Positions 19,465-29,130 of a stretch of DNA of 64,000 nt are shown here, piece after piece. A program made the translations under genes and the position numbers. Origin of the DNA: Actinomycetota bacterium (GTDB lineage Bacteria > Actinomycetota > Acidimicrobiia > Acidimicrobiales > VFJN01). Where the stretch lies: contig JBMOLI010000006.1 in the NCBI GenBank assembly GCA_049325515.1, positions 29,328 through 93,327 on the forward strand, written 5' to 3'. Positions within the stretch are counted from its first letter, which is position 1; each line of letters opens with the position of its first letter. The notes under the pieces are model-generated. The model made no database searches, had not been told where the DNA came from, and worked only from the letters and a program-made list of their open reading frames with translations.

Positions 19465-20277
19465 GTGCCCATCGTCCGCGTCGAAGACCTCGATGATCCG
19501 CGTCTGGCGGACTACGCGCACCTGCGGGCACCGTCGCGGCGCATGGCGCTCGAGCGCGAGCGCGGCATCTTCACGGTGGAGGGTCGGCTGTCGATCGAGG
19601 CGCTGCTCGAATCGCCGTACGAGGTGCGGTCGTTGTTCGTTGCCGAGGAGCACGTCGCTCGCGTTGCCTCGCTCGTGCACACCGAGGCTCCGATCTTCAC
19701 GATGTCAGCCGCTCAGATGGCGGAGGTCACGGGCGTGCACTTCCACCGCGGAGTGCTGGCCGTGGCCGAGCGGCCACAGCTCCCGCCGGTGGCCGACCTC
19801 CTGCGTGACGCGAAGGTGGTCGTCGTGCTCGAGGCGGTCAACGACCACGAGAACATCGGGGCGCTGTTCCGCAACGCAGCCGCCTTTGGAGTCGACGCCG
19901 TCGTGCTGGATCCCACCGCCACGGATCCGCTCTACAGGCGCTCGACACGAGTGTCACTCGGACACGTGCTGCGCGTTCCGTTCGCACGGGTCGACGAAGG
20001 CGAGTGGCCCGCGGCTCTCGGCGGAATGCGCGACCAAGGCTTCACGACGGTGGCGCTCACCCCATCACACGACGCCGAGACGCTGGGAGCGCTGCTCGCA
20101 GATCGTCCGGACCGGGTGGCCCTCGTTCTTGGAGCGGAGGGCCCCGGGCTCAGCACGGCGGCCCTCGATGCGACCGACCGCCGGGTGCGGATCCCCATGG
20201 CGCCCGGCGTCGACTCCGTCAACGTCGCGACTGCCGCAGCGATCGTCCTCTCTGCCCTTTACAACCAACATCTGTGA
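19465..20277 (+). CDS. TrmH/SpoU family RNA methyltransferase
   Basis: ENIGALFRNAAAFG, LGAEGPGL, IPMAPGVDSVNVA; stop TGA lies inside family A copy 4. Confidence 0.92.
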   Translation: MPIVRVEDLDDPRLADYAHLRAPSRRMALERERGIFTVEGRLSIEALLESPYEVRSLFVAEEHVARVASLVHTEAPIFTMSAAQMAEVTGVHFHRGVLAVAERPQLPPVADLLRDAKVVVVLEAVNDHENIGALFRNAAAFGVDAVVLDPTATDPLYRRSTRVSLGHVLRVPFARVDEGEWPAALGGMRDQGFTTVALTPSHDAETLGALLADRPDRVALVLGAEGPGLSTAALDATDRRVRIPMAPGVDSVNVATAAAIVLSALYNQHL

Positions 20278-20324
20278 ACCCCCATGGCCGCATACCGGCC
20301 AACCGAGTTCACAGACCTTGGTTG
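20262..20324. repeat. Family A palindromic element copy 4; overlaps the 3' ends of both convergent genes
   Basis: CAACCAACATCTGTGAAC-N27-GTTCACAGACCTTGGTTG. Confidence 0.93.
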
Positions 20325-21547
20325 GTGAGGGCTTCGATGCGCTGCTCGAGGAAGCGGCGCTCCGGGTCGCTCGGTCGGCAGGCCAGCGCCTTCTCGTATG
20401 CCGTGACCGCCTCGGCGCGGCGGTCGAGGCGGCGCAGCAGATCGGCCCGAGCGGCATGCCATAGGTGGAACCCGTCGAGACTGCTGATGGCGTCGACGGC
20501 GGCCAACCCGTCAGCAGGGCCGTCGCGCTCTGCCAGCGCCACTGCACGGTTCAGAGCCACGACTGGCGTTGGCAGCACCTTCGCCAACAGGTCGTAGAGG
20601 GCCACGAGCTCGTCCCAATCGGTCGCGTCCCACGTCGGTGCCTCAGCGTGAACAGCAGCGATCGCGGCCTGGAGCGCGTAGGGGCCTGGCGCGCCAGCGG
20701 CGCGCCGGAGGGCGACCTCGAGCAGCGTGATCCCGTCGTCGATCTGCGTGTGATCCCAAGCGGAGCGGTCTTGGTCTGCCAGAAGGATGAGATCCCCGGA
20801 TGCGTCGACGCGCGTCGACCGGCGAGCATCGCTGAGCAGCAGCAGAGAGAGCAGGCCGAGCACCTCGGTCTCGTCGGGCAGCACCTCGGCGAGGAGCCGA
20901 GCGAGTCTCAGCGCCTCGCTGCAGAGATCGAATCGCACGAGAGAGCCGCCGGCGCTTGCGGTGTGCCCCTCGGTGAAGATGAGGTAGACGACCGCCAGCA
21001 CAGCGGGAAGGCGTTCGGGCAGCTCGTGATCGGCTGGCACCCGATAGGGGATGTTGGCGCCTGCGATCTTGCGCTTGGCCCTGACCAAGCGCTGCGCCAT
21101 CGTCGCTTCCGGCACGAGGAAGGAGCGGGCGATCTCGGCGGTGGTGAGCCCGCCGAGCGTTCGCAGGCTGAGAGCGATCCGCGCCTCGGGCGCCAGTGCT
21201 GGATGGCAGCACGTGAAGATCAACCGCAGCAGATCGTCACGCACGGCAGAGTCGGGCACTGGATCGTCGTTCGAGCCCTCGAGCATCCGCATGGCCCGCT
21301 CCTCCTTGTCGCCGCGCCGCTGCTCCCGCCTGAGGCGATCGAGCGCCTTGTTGCGGGCGGCGGTCGTGAGCCAGGCGGCCGGCTTGGCCGGCATGCCGTG
21401 GCGCGGCCAGTGCTCGAGCGCCGCGAGAGCCGCCTCTTGCACCGCATCCTCGGCCAGGTCGAGGTCGCCGAGGATCCGGGCGAGGGTGGCGACGACGCGC
21501 CCTCCCTCGATCCGGATGACCTCGGCGAGCTCGTCCGAGTCGACCAA
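20309..21547 (-). CDS. ECF sigma factor, ECF42 type (C-terminal TPR/DUF6596 extension)
   Basis: [53 protein letters not shown]; adjacent DGPF gene; start approximate (TTG). Confidence 0.9.
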   Translation of the reverse strand: MVDSDELAEVIRIEGGRVVATLARILGDLDLAEDAVQEAALAALEHWPRHGMPAKPAAWLTTAARNKALDRLRREQRRGDKEERAMRMLEGSNDDPVPDSAVRDDLLRLIFTCCHPALAPEARIALSLRTLGGLTTAEIARSFLVPEATMAQRLVRAKRKIAGANIPYRVPADHELPERLPAVLAVVYLIFTEGHTASAGGSLVRFDLCSEALRLARLLAEVLPDETEVLGLLSLLLLSDARRSTRVDASGDLILLADQDRSAWDHTQIDDGITLLEVALRRAAGAPGPYALQAAIAAVHAEAPTWDATDWDELVALYDLLAKVLPTPVVALNRAVALAERDGPADGLAAVDAISSLDGFHLWHAARADLLRRLDRRAEAVTAYEKALACRPSDPERRFLEQRIEALTNQGL

Positions 21548-21569
21548 CCTGCGGCTCAGTGCGCTGGCG

Positions 21570-21932
21570 CTAGTCGAAGACGACCACTGGGCGCACCTCG
21601 ACCTTGCCGTGCCAGGCACCCGGGATCTGCGCCGCCCACTTGATGGCTTCGTCGAGGTCGGCGCAATCGAGCAGGTAGTAGCCCCCGAGGACCTCCTTCG
21701 TCTCCGCGAAGGGCCCGTCGGTGGTGACGATCTCGCCACCCTTGCCGCCGAGCACGCTGACTGTCGTGGCGGTGTCGGTGGACTGGAGCGCGTTGCCTCC
21801 GACGATCACGCCCGCTGCGCCGGCTGCTTCTCCGAAGGCCATGTAGTCGGCCATGACGTCGCCCTGGAAGTCCTCCGGAGCGGCGGCCTGCTGGTCAGCG
21901 GGGCCGTAGATGAGAGCAAGGTACTGGGGCAT
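21570..21932 (-). CDS. YciI/DGPF family protein
   Basis: [16 protein letters not shown]...VEVRPV; RBS GGAGG. Confidence 0.92.
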   Translation of the reverse strand: MPQYLALIYGPADQQAAAPEDFQGDVMADYMAFGEAAGAAGVIVGGNALQSTDTATTVSVLGGKGGEIVTTDGPFAETKEVLGGYYLLDCADLDEAIKWAAQIPGAWHGKVEVRPVVVFD

Positions 21933-21983
21933 GGGATGTCCTCCTGGTGGTCGCGGGCGCGGTTCGCCCGCTGTCTCCAAGAC

Positions 21984-22010
21984 GACGAACGACATGTGCC
22001 CAGATCGACA
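21984..22010 (-). promoter_or_regulatory. ECF42-type promoter upstream of the DGPF-sigma operon
   Basis: Minus strand TGTCGA-N17-CGTC matches the ECF42 -35 TGTCGA / -10 CGWC consensus. Confidence 0.7.
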
Positions 22011-22054
22011 GCATCGCGAAGATCTGTCACCCAGGCCTCCGCCGACCCCCGCCG

Positions 22055-23488
22055 CTAGCCGAACGCTTCGATCACCTTGCTGAATCGCTCGATCTGCTCA
22101 GTCGTGCCGTCCTCGTGGAGCGCGACGAAGACCTGGCGCACCCCTGCGTCGGCGAGGGAGCGGAACCGCCCGATCTGCTCATCGACCGTGCCGACGACGT
22201 CCGCGTAGCGATCGCCACCTGCGTCGATGACGGCGGCCTCCGAGAGGTGCGTGACGGTGATCTCGGCGGGATCACGGCCCTCTGCGTCACAGTGGTGCCG
22301 GAGGACATCTACCTTGTGCCGGACGACGTCGGGCTCGCCAAAGAGGTTGCACGCGTCGGCGTGCCGAGCCGCCAGTCGCAGCGTGCGGCGCTCACCCGAT
22401 CCACCGACGAGCAGCGGGACGCGCTCCTGGATCGGGCGGGGGTAGCAGATGGCCTCCGGGACGGTGACCGTGCGCCCTTCGAAGTGTGGCGAGCCCGGCC
22501 CCCAGAGCAGGGGCAGCAGCTCGAGGGCATCCTCGAGGAGCGCGTATCGACGGCTCAACGGCGGGAACTCCCAGCCGTACAGAGCGTGCTCGCGATCGTG
22601 CCAGGCGACTCCGAGCCCGCAGAAGGCGCGACCGCCTGAGAGCACGTCAAGGGTGGCGACCTGCTTCCCAAGCTGTGCGATGTTCCGATAGGTCACGCCA
22701 TTGACCAGCGCGCCGAGGCGCACACGGGTGGTGCACGCGGCGAGAAAGGCGAGCGCGGTCGTGCTCTCGGGGATGTCCTCCCACTCGGGACCGACGACCG
22801 GGATCTGCACGACGTGGTCCATGACCGAGATCGAGTCGAAGCCAGCCTCTTCGGCGGCACTTCCCACGCGCCGCAAGTTGTCCCGTAGCTGGGGTCCTCC
22901 GCCAGGCCAAGCGAATCGTCCAATGTGCAGCGCGAAGCTGAGGGGCACGGGATCCTCCTGCTGTAGGAGTGCTGCCGAGGGCGCCGACAGGAACCTGGGT
23001 GGGACGAGCGCGACCGGGGTGGCTTCGTCGACGTGGTGCACCCCGTCGAAGTCCTCCGTTGGGAGCGAGGGGATGGTTGCGGCGAGGGCACGTAGCTGCG
23101 AGGTGACAGTGGCCGACGGCACCGGCTGATCCCGAGCGCGGTTGCGCTCGCGTGTTGCACGCTCACCGACGTCGAGCACGACAGCGTGAACGGGCAGGCC
23201 GTGTTTGCGGGCGATCGCTGTCCATGTGCTCCGCAGCTTGGTGTCGAGACCGGAGGTGTCGAGAACGGTGGTGAGGCCCCTTCGAAGGCGAGCGTCGGCG
23301 ATGCGTGCAAGCAGGTCGAAGGCGTCCTTGGATGCGCGCTGGTCGTGCTCGTGCAGGCCGACGACGGCGCGCAGCGCATCCGATGACACGATCTGCCGAG
23401 CGTCGAAGCGGTCCGCTGCCCAAGTGCTCTTCCCGGCGCCAGCGGCGCCCACCAGCACCACGAGGCAAGGATCGGGCAGGCGGATCAT
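22055..23488 (-). CDS. Fusion of an AAA_33/polynucleotide-kinase-like P-loop domain and an LLM (F420-type) oxidoreductase
   Basis: VVLVGAAGAGKSTW, SSDALR; C-terminal MDHVVQIP, ATLDVLSGGR, GGSGERRTLR. Confidence 0.85.
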   Translation of the reverse strand: MIRLPDPCLVVLVGAAGAGKSTWAADRFDARQIVSSDALRAVVGLHEHDQRASKDAFDLLARIADARLRRGLTTVLDTSGLDTKLRSTWTAIARKHGLPVHAVVLDVGERATRERNRARDQPVPSATVTSQLRALAATIPSLPTEDFDGVHHVDEATPVALVPPRFLSAPSAALLQQEDPVPLSFALHIGRFAWPGGGPQLRDNLRRVGSAAEEAGFDSISVMDHVVQIPVVGPEWEDIPESTTALAFLAACTTRVRLGALVNGVTYRNIAQLGKQVATLDVLSGGRAFCGLGVAWHDREHALYGWEFPPLSRRYALLEDALELLPLLWGPGSPHFEGRTVTVPEAICYPRPIQERVPLLVGGSGERRTLRLAARHADACNLFGEPDVVRHKVDVLRHHCDAEGRDPAEITVTHLSEAAVIDAGGDRYADVVGTVDEQIGRFRSLADAGVRQVFVALHEDGTTEQIERFSKVIEAFG

Positions 23489-23552
23489 CGCCAGAAGGCT
23501 ACGTAGGGAGCGCGCCCGGCATCCGGTTGGATGTGTGACCTGTGGCGGCCCG

Positions 23553-23999
23553 TCAGGCGCGGCCGGTGACGTCGACGACCCAGGAGAGGTCGGCGTCATC
23601 GAGGCGCTTGTGCCAGGCGGCGGGCGCCGCGCCCATCAGCGTCTGGAAGTCCCAGTAGTCCTTCCAGAGCACGATCACCCCGTCGACGATCCTCTGCACG
23701 GACACGAATGGCAGGGCGACGGTCTCGCCCGACTCCCAGGTCCACACCTCGGTGTGCTCCGTGACGACCACGCCGTCGGGCCCGTCGGCCACGACGCCGG
23801 GGATGTGCTCGTAGCCGGTTAGCCCTTCGAGGCCGAGTCGCAAGCGGGCTTCGATGCTGTCGGGACCGACGCCGGCAGAAGACGGTCCGGTGGGAACGTC
23901 GTAGTAGATCGACTCGGGCCCGAAGAACGATCGGATGCGGGGCCAGTCACGGTCGTAGAGCGCCGCCCAGAACGCCGCGGCAGTCTCGAGCGGCGTCAC
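23553..23999 (-). CDS. Limonene-1,2-epoxide hydrolase-like (NTF2/SnoaL fold) protein
   Basis: YYDVP...GPDSI...TEHTE...LPFVSV...WKDYWD. Confidence 0.8.
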   Translation of the reverse strand: MTPLETAAAFWAALYDRDWPRIRSFFGPESIYYDVPTGPSSAGVGPDSIEARLRLGLEGLTGYEHIPGVVADGPDGVVVTEHTEVWTWESGETVALPFVSVQRIVDGVIVLWKDYWDFQTLMGAAPAAWHKRLDDADLSWVVDVTGRA

Positions 24000-24043
24000 G
24001 AGAGCGCCGCCCGTGTGAGGTTCGCGGCATCCGGGGCCGTCCG

Positions 24044-24128
24044 AGGGCTACTGATGCCCCCAACCTCCGGGCCCGCCGATGTTCGGGGCAGGGAGGGCCC
24101 GCGCAGGGCTACTGATGCCCCCAGCCTC
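24044..24128. repeat. 24-bp direct repeat pair AGGGCTACTGATGCCCCCA(A/G)CCTC with 37-bp spacer
   Basis: Copies at 24044-24067 and 24105-24128, one mismatch; second copy overlaps the amidohydrolase stop. Confidence 0.85.
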
Positions 24129-25851
24129 ATCGGGCACCTCGCAGGAGCACGCCGGGGCGGGCTCCGGTGTCCTCTCCGGACTCGAAGGTGATCTCCCCGG
24201 ACTTGATCGTCTGCAGGTAGCCGTCGGCCTGCTGGACGAGCCGACTGGCTCCGCCCGGAAGGTCGGCCACCAGAGCGGGGCGGCGCAGCTGCAGGCGCTC
24301 GAAGTCGATCACGTTGCAGTCGCCGACGTAGCCCGGAGCGAGCACGCCGCGGTCGCCCAGGCCGTAGAGCGTGGCGGTCGCCTGAGTCATCTTGTGAACT
24401 GCCTCCTCGACGGTCAGCCTGCCGTGATCGCGATCGCGGGCCCAGTGCGAGAGCAGGAACGTCGTGGTGGACGCGTCGCACGTCTGGCCGGCGTGTGCGC
24501 CACCGTCGCCCAGACCGAAGGCCGAGGTGGGATGCCGCAGCATCTCGCCCACGGCGTCGAGGTTGCCGTCGGTGTAGTTGAGGACCGGAGCGTTCAGCAG
24601 CTCGCGGCCGCCATCGATGAGGAAGAGCTCGAGCAGCAGCTCCCACACGTCGGCGCCCTGCGCGGCTGCCAACGAGGTCGCGCTGTCACCCGCACGTGGT
24701 TCGTACTGGGGCGGGTCGCCCAGCGGGAAGATCCGGTCGGGGTGCATGAACCCGCTCACGATCGGGTCGCCTTCGAGAGCGTGTGCATCGGCGATCAGGC
24801 GCGCCTTCAGATCTGGGTCGGCCTCGATGCGGGCCACCTGCTCGTGCCAGGGGAGCAGGCCGAGTCCGGCGGCTGTCCAGGCTGCGGTGAAGGCAAAGGG
24901 GTGGAAGGTCTGGAAGCCGAGGAGCAGCGACACCGTGCGGCCGTGCACCTGGGGACGGACGGGCGCGCCCTCGGCGGCTGCATGGCCGGCCATGTCAAGC
25001 ATCCGCTTCCAGGAGCCGGGGTCGGCGTTGTTCTGGTTGAGAGCGAAGGTGACGGGCCGCCCGATCGCCGCGGCGAGCCGGCGCATCCAGTCCATCTCCC
25101 GCTCCGGCGCAGCTAGGTCCTCGCCGAGCGCACCGGCCGGAGCCAGCTCGAACACACCGGTGCCGAGCTCACCCAGGACGCGACCGATGCCAAACAGCTC
25201 GTCCTCCGCCGCGAACGTCCCAGGGACCGGTTCGCCGTCGATGGCGCGGTGCGCCAGCGTGCGGCTCGTCGAGAAGCCGAGGGCGCCCGCCTCGATGCCT
25301 GCGCGCACGATGGCGGCCATCTGCTCGATGTCCTCCGGCGTGGCCGGCTCGTTGCAAGCGCCGCGGTCACCCATGACGTAGCCGCGCACGGCACCGTGAG
25401 GCACCTGCGTGCCGAGATCCATCACGTGCTTGCGCTGATCAAGAGCGTCGAGGAACTCGGGGAAGCTCTCCCAGCCCCAGCGGATGCCGGCCGACAGCGC
25501 CGCGCCGGGGATGTCCTCCACGCCTTCCATCAGGCCGATGAGCCACTCGTGCCGGTCGGGCGCGACGGGGGCGAAGCCGACCCCGCAGTTGCCCATCACC
25601 ACCGTGGTCACGCCGTGCCAGCACGACGGCGTCAGCTGCTCATCCCAGGTGGCCTGGCCGTCGTAGTGCGTGTGGATGTCGACGAAGCCAGGGGTGACGA
25701 GCGCACCGTCCGCGTCGATCTCGCGGGAGCCCTTGCCGTCCACGTGCCCCACCGCGGTGACGACGCCGTCGCTGATGGCGACGTCCGCCGTGACCGCGGG
25801 CGCACCCGTGCCGTCTACGACGGTTCCACCTCGGATCACCAGGTCGTGCAT
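24127..25851 (-). CDS. N-acyl-D-amino-acid deacylase family amidohydrolase
   Basis: [40 protein letters not shown]. Confidence 0.92.
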   Translation of the reverse strand: MHDLVIRGGTVVDGTGAPAVTADVAISDGVVTAVGHVDGKGSREIDADGALVTPGFVDIHTHYDGQATWDEQLTPSCWHGVTTVVMGNCGVGFAPVAPDRHEWLIGLMEGVEDIPGAALSAGIRWGWESFPEFLDALDQRKHVMDLGTQVPHGAVRGYVMGDRGACNEPATPEDIEQMAAIVRAGIEAGALGFSTSRTLAHRAIDGEPVPGTFAAEDELFGIGRVLGELGTGVFELAPAGALGEDLAAPEREMDWMRRLAAAIGRPVTFALNQNNADPGSWKRMLDMAGHAAAEGAPVRPQVHGRTVSLLLGFQTFHPFAFTAAWTAAGLGLLPWHEQVARIEADPDLKARLIADAHALEGDPIVSGFMHPDRIFPLGDPPQYEPRAGDSATSLAAAQGADVWELLLELFLIDGGRELLNAPVLNYTDGNLDAVGEMLRHPTSAFGLGDGGAHAGQTCDASTTTFLLSHWARDRDHGRLTVEEAVHKMTQATATLYGLGDRGVLAPGYVGDCNVIDFERLQLRRPALVADLPGGASRLVQQADGYLQTIKSGEITFESGEDTGARPGVLLRGAR

Positions 25852-25912
25852 GCGTCCCCCCGGACTCGTGCGCGGTGCTTGTGCGCTGTGCGTGGGCCGC
25901 ATCTTCGCAGAC

Positions 25913-25931
25913 ACCTGACGGCCCGTCAGGT
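25913..25931. promoter_or_regulatory. Palindromic operator candidate ACCTGACGGCCCGTCAGGT
   Basis: CTGAC-N5-GTCAG in the divergent amidohydrolase/thioesterase intergenic region. Confidence 0.75.
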
Positions 25932-25936
25932 TGGTC

Positions 25937-25999
25937 CCCTGTCGTTCTCGGGCGATCTCTCCGTTGCCCAGGCGGAATCTTCGCCCGAGAACGACAGGG
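25937..25999. repeat. Palindromic element family B copy 1
   Basis: CCCTGTCGTTCTCGGGCGA-N25-TCGCCCGAGAACGACAGGG; related copy at 53903. Confidence 0.85.
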
Positions 26000-26053
26000 A
26001 GCCCGCGTCGAATCGGTTGGCGGCAACCAAGGTCGGGGCGGCAGCCTGGGCCG

Positions 26054-26890
26054 ATGGGTGATCTGGGGATCGATACTGCGGTCGAGGACTGTGGCGAGGG
26101 GCGCTACCGCGCCACGCTGAGCCAGGACTGGGAGATATGGGGGCCGATGGGTGGCTACGTGGCAGCCGTCGCTCTGCGAGCGGCCGGCGCGGCCAGCGAG
26201 CATCCGCATCCGGTGGCGTTCTCGTGCCACTACTTCGCCGCTGCACGCTTCGAGCCCGTCGACATCAGCGTCGAGGCCCGCAAGACCGGCCGGTCGGCGA
26301 GCGCGCAACGGGTCGAGATCAGCCAGGACGGCCGGGCGATCCTGGACGCGATGGTCTGGAGCGCGGCCGACAACGAGGGTCTCGAGCACGACGAGACGAC
26401 CGCTCCCGAGGTGGCCGACCCGTCCGAGCTGCCGAGCATCGAGGAGCTGCTGCCGCCTGACGCAGAGTCGCCCTTCCCGTTCTGGCTCAACTTCGACGCC
26501 AAGCCGATCCACTTCGAGGTCGACTGGCCGCCCGAGGGCCCTCGCCCGGCCCGCTGGCAGGAGTGGCTCAAGTTCCTTCCCAGCGCCACCTTCGACGACC
26601 CCTGGCTCGACGCCGCTCGCTCGGTGATCCTCGTCGACCTGCCCAGCTGGCCCTCAGCACACCGCCCTCACGCCTGGCAGCAACCTCCCTACATGGCCCC
26701 CACGCTCGACCTCAACGTGGCCTTCCACCAGCCGACGGTCGATGAGGCGTGGCTGCTCTGCGACGGCGCTGCACCGCTGTCGACGCGCGGCCTGTTCGGC
26801 TGGACTGCACGCGTCTGGTCGCCCGGCGGCAAGCTCCACGCCTCCGGCGGCGGCCAGTGCCTCTACCGCAAGCTGCGCCCGCAGCAGTAG
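26054..26890 (+). CDS. TesB-like double hot-dog acyl-CoA thioesterase
   Basis: WEIWGPMGGYVAA, RKTGRS, APTLDLNVAFH, VWSPGGKLHA. Confidence 0.85.
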   Translation: MGDLGIDTAVEDCGEGRYRATLSQDWEIWGPMGGYVAAVALRAAGAASEHPHPVAFSCHYFAAARFEPVDISVEARKTGRSASAQRVEISQDGRAILDAMVWSAADNEGLEHDETTAPEVADPSELPSIEELLPPDAESPFPFWLNFDAKPIHFEVDWPPEGPRPARWQEWLKFLPSATFDDPWLDAARSVILVDLPSWPSAHRPHAWQQPPYMAPTLDLNVAFHQPTVDEAWLLCDGAAPLSTRGLFGWTARVWSPGGKLHASGGGQCLYRKLRPQQ

Positions 26891-27004
26891 CTCCCTGGTC
26901 GATGAAGGTCGACGAGTGCTACGCGTCTCGTCGCCGCATGGGCGCAACGCAGCCGGGACCAGCAGCGTCACACGGTTCACGCGCATGGCTGGAAGGATGG
27001 CGCC

Positions 27005-27220
27005 ATGAACGATCGGGGACGGGTGGTGTTAGTCGTAGCCCGGGGCACCGTCGCTTCAATCGTCGCGGTTCTCGTGAACCGGCTTCTTGCCGATGGCGAT
27101 GCTGGTTGGTTCGCGTACGCGCCGAACACGGGAGCCACGTTCTCGCCCAATCGGACTTCGACGATTTGGCGCGAGGCGTTGGTGTGGTCCTCGGTCACCG
27201 CGGTGTGGACGGGCCGCTGA
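27005..27220 (+). CDS. Small membrane protein with GWFAYAP motif (possibly degenerate at C-terminus)
   Basis: Hydrophobic N-terminus, GWFAYAPN, RBS-like GGAAGG. Confidence 0.45.
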   Translation: MNDRGRVVLVVARGTVASIVAVLVNRLLADGDAGWFAYAPNTGATFSPNRTSTIWREALVWSSVTAVWTGR

Positions 27221-27237
27221 CTGAGACAGATCGGCAG

Positions 27238-27471
27238 CTATGCCCGCGGATCGCTAAGCACCCGACGGACCCAGACGGCCACTGCCCAAGCCGAGAACGC
27301 GGCTCCGGCCACCGCGAGGTAGTCACTGGCGCTCTCGGACAGCCGCCTGTTCCCACCGAGCTCGAACTCGTAGTCGGTCAGCAGAACGACGACGAAGAAG
27401 ACGGCCGCGGCAAGCCAGAGAAGGGTGAACCCGACCGCCTTCCGTCGGGCGGGTTCACCTGACGGTGGCAT
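27238..27471 (-). CDS. Small two-TM membrane protein
   Basis: Two hydrophobic helices; purine-rich RBS GGAGGATGAGG. Confidence 0.55.
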   Translation of the reverse strand: MPPSGEPARRKAVGFTLLWLAAAVFFVVVLLTDYEFELGGNRRLSESASDYLAVAGAAFSAWAVAVWVRRVLSDPRA

Positions 27472-27531
27472 GCCTCATCCTCCCCCGCGGACACCCGCGA
27501 TGTGTCGTGTTCGGCAGGAAGGGGCCCACGC

Positions 27532-28296
27532 CTAGCTGCACTGATGGTGCTTAGCGAGCAGCCAGGACGCGCCCCGCAGCGGAACGGAGGTGGCGGTGAT
27601 CGTCGGAATGCGATCGTCTGCCGGGGACACGAACTCGATCGACACGATGACACCACCAACATCGAGCTTGGTGTTCGCTCCGTCGTCCGAGATCACCCAG
27701 AGCGTGACCCCTTCGGCCAGCGACGACACCGCCAAAGGTGCCTCTTTCGGCGGGTCAACCTGTTGCACGACCGCCGCCGCCCGGTAGATCCCGAGGGCTT
27801 GGTTGCGGCCCATCGGTGCCGTAACGGGTTTGAAGCCGAGCCGGGTGAGAAGTTGCTCCGATGCCTGGTTGCCGGCTGTGACCCAGGCCGCGAGATGCGG
27901 CTCAGCGCGCTCGGCGAGCTCCCGCATCGAGGCGCCTAGCAGGCGCAGCGCAACTCCTGTCCGCCGGTGCGATGCAGAGGTGGCGATCTCGTAGAGGAAT
28001 GGTGCCCCGAGTTCTCGGCCGATCATCGACGCCCCGATGAGTCGGTCGCCCTCGACCTGGACCAAGCTGGCATCGTCGTCAGCGAAGTCGACCTCACGCC
28101 ATGTTCGAACCTCGTCGGCGTGGTCAGCGGCGCCGTCGAAGTCGATAGTGCCTTCGTATGACTCGTCCAGCAGCGCGGCGAGCGCGCTGTCATCGGCCGG
28201 CGTGGTGCTGCGGACGCCGATCTCCCGCGTAGGCGTGATGTCTGTTGCCGGGATGGGGGCGACGACCCATCGTCGACGTAAGCGCTCCACCCGCAC
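27532..28296 (-). CDS. GNAT family acetyltransferase
   Basis: TSASHRRTGVA (motif A), VTAGNQASEQLLTRLGF; start uncertain. Confidence 0.75.
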   Translation of the reverse strand: MRVERLRRRWVVAPIPATDITPTREIGVRSTTPADDSALAALLDESYEGTIDFDGAADHADEVRTWREVDFADDDASLVQVEGDRLIGASMIGRELGAPFLYEIATSASHRRTGVALRLLGASMRELAERAEPHLAAWVTAGNQASEQLLTRLGFKPVTAPMGRNQALGIYRAAAVVQQVDPPKEAPLAVSSLAEGVTLWVISDDGANTKLDVGGVIVSIEFVSPADDRIPTITATSVPLRGASWLLAKHHQCS

Positions 28297-28403
28297 AGAT
28301 TGCCGGATCTGGACGCGTCGAGCGCGGCGGTGTCGCCCACGGCGAAATTCCCTACTGCCCGCGATGCCCGCTCACCGCGTCGATGATCGGCAGAAGTGGG
28401 ACG

Positions 28404-28499
28404 CGAGGCAATGAGTCCCACTTGGCCCAGTCGGAGGCGATAGGTCCCACATGTGGGACTGATGACCTCGAGAGTGCAGTCGTGGGACCTATTGCCTCG
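28404..28499. repeat. 96-bp composite palindrome, family C copy 1 (four 18-bp units, two direct and two inverted)
   Basis: CGAGGCAATGAGTCCCAC-N11-GGAGGCGATAGGTCCCAC-AT-GTGGGACTGATGACCTCG-N11-GTGGGACCTATTGCCTCG. Confidence 0.88.
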
Positions 28500-28596
28500 T
28501 GGGTCGTGTCTGCCCGTCGTGGGGCGCAGGTGCGAGTGAGGGCGCTGCCTCGTGGTAGTAGGACGGGTGGGTTCGTGGAGACTGAGGACTGATCTG

Positions 28597-29130
28597 ATGG
28601 TGCTTGATCGGCAGCCGATGCTGGAGGGGGAGCTGGTCAGCGTTCGCCCGCTCCGAGCGGACGACTTCGACGCGTTGTGGGCGATCTCGTCGGATCCGCT
28701 GCTGTGGGAGCAGCACCCCGCCAAGGAGCGAGCGACCGCCGAAGGGTTCCAGCAGTGGTTTGCCGATGCGATGGAGTCGGGTGGCGCCCTGACGGTGATC
28801 AACCGCGCCGACGGAGGAATCATCGGGACGTCTCGCTATGACAACTACGACCCCGACGCGCGGGAGGCGGAGATCGGTTGGACGTTCATCGCCCGTTCCC
28901 TGTGGGGCACGTCGTACAACGCGGACCTGAAGCGCGTGATGCTCGACCACGCCTTCGGCTCGGTGGACACCGTCGTGTTCCGCGTCAACGGCGGGAACCT
29001 GCGGTCACAGCGCGCAGTCGAGAAGCTCGGAGCGGTCAGGTCTGCAACGGAGATCGACGCGCGCGGCTTCGGCGAGGTCGTCGTGTTCCGTCTGGAGCGC
29101 ACCGTGCCGAGGGCAGGTTGGGACGGATGA
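28597..29130 (+). CDS. RimJ/RimL-type GNAT acetyltransferase
   Basis: DPLLWEQHP, EIGWTF, WGTSYN, NLRSQRAVEKLGA. Confidence 0.88.
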   Translation: MVLDRQPMLEGELVSVRPLRADDFDALWAISSDPLLWEQHPAKERATAEGFQQWFADAMESGGALTVINRADGGIIGTSRYDNYDPDAREAEIGWTFIARSLWGTSYNADLKRVMLDHAFGSVDTVVFRVNGGNLRSQRAVEKLGAVRSATEIDARGFGEVVVFRLERTVPRAGWDG

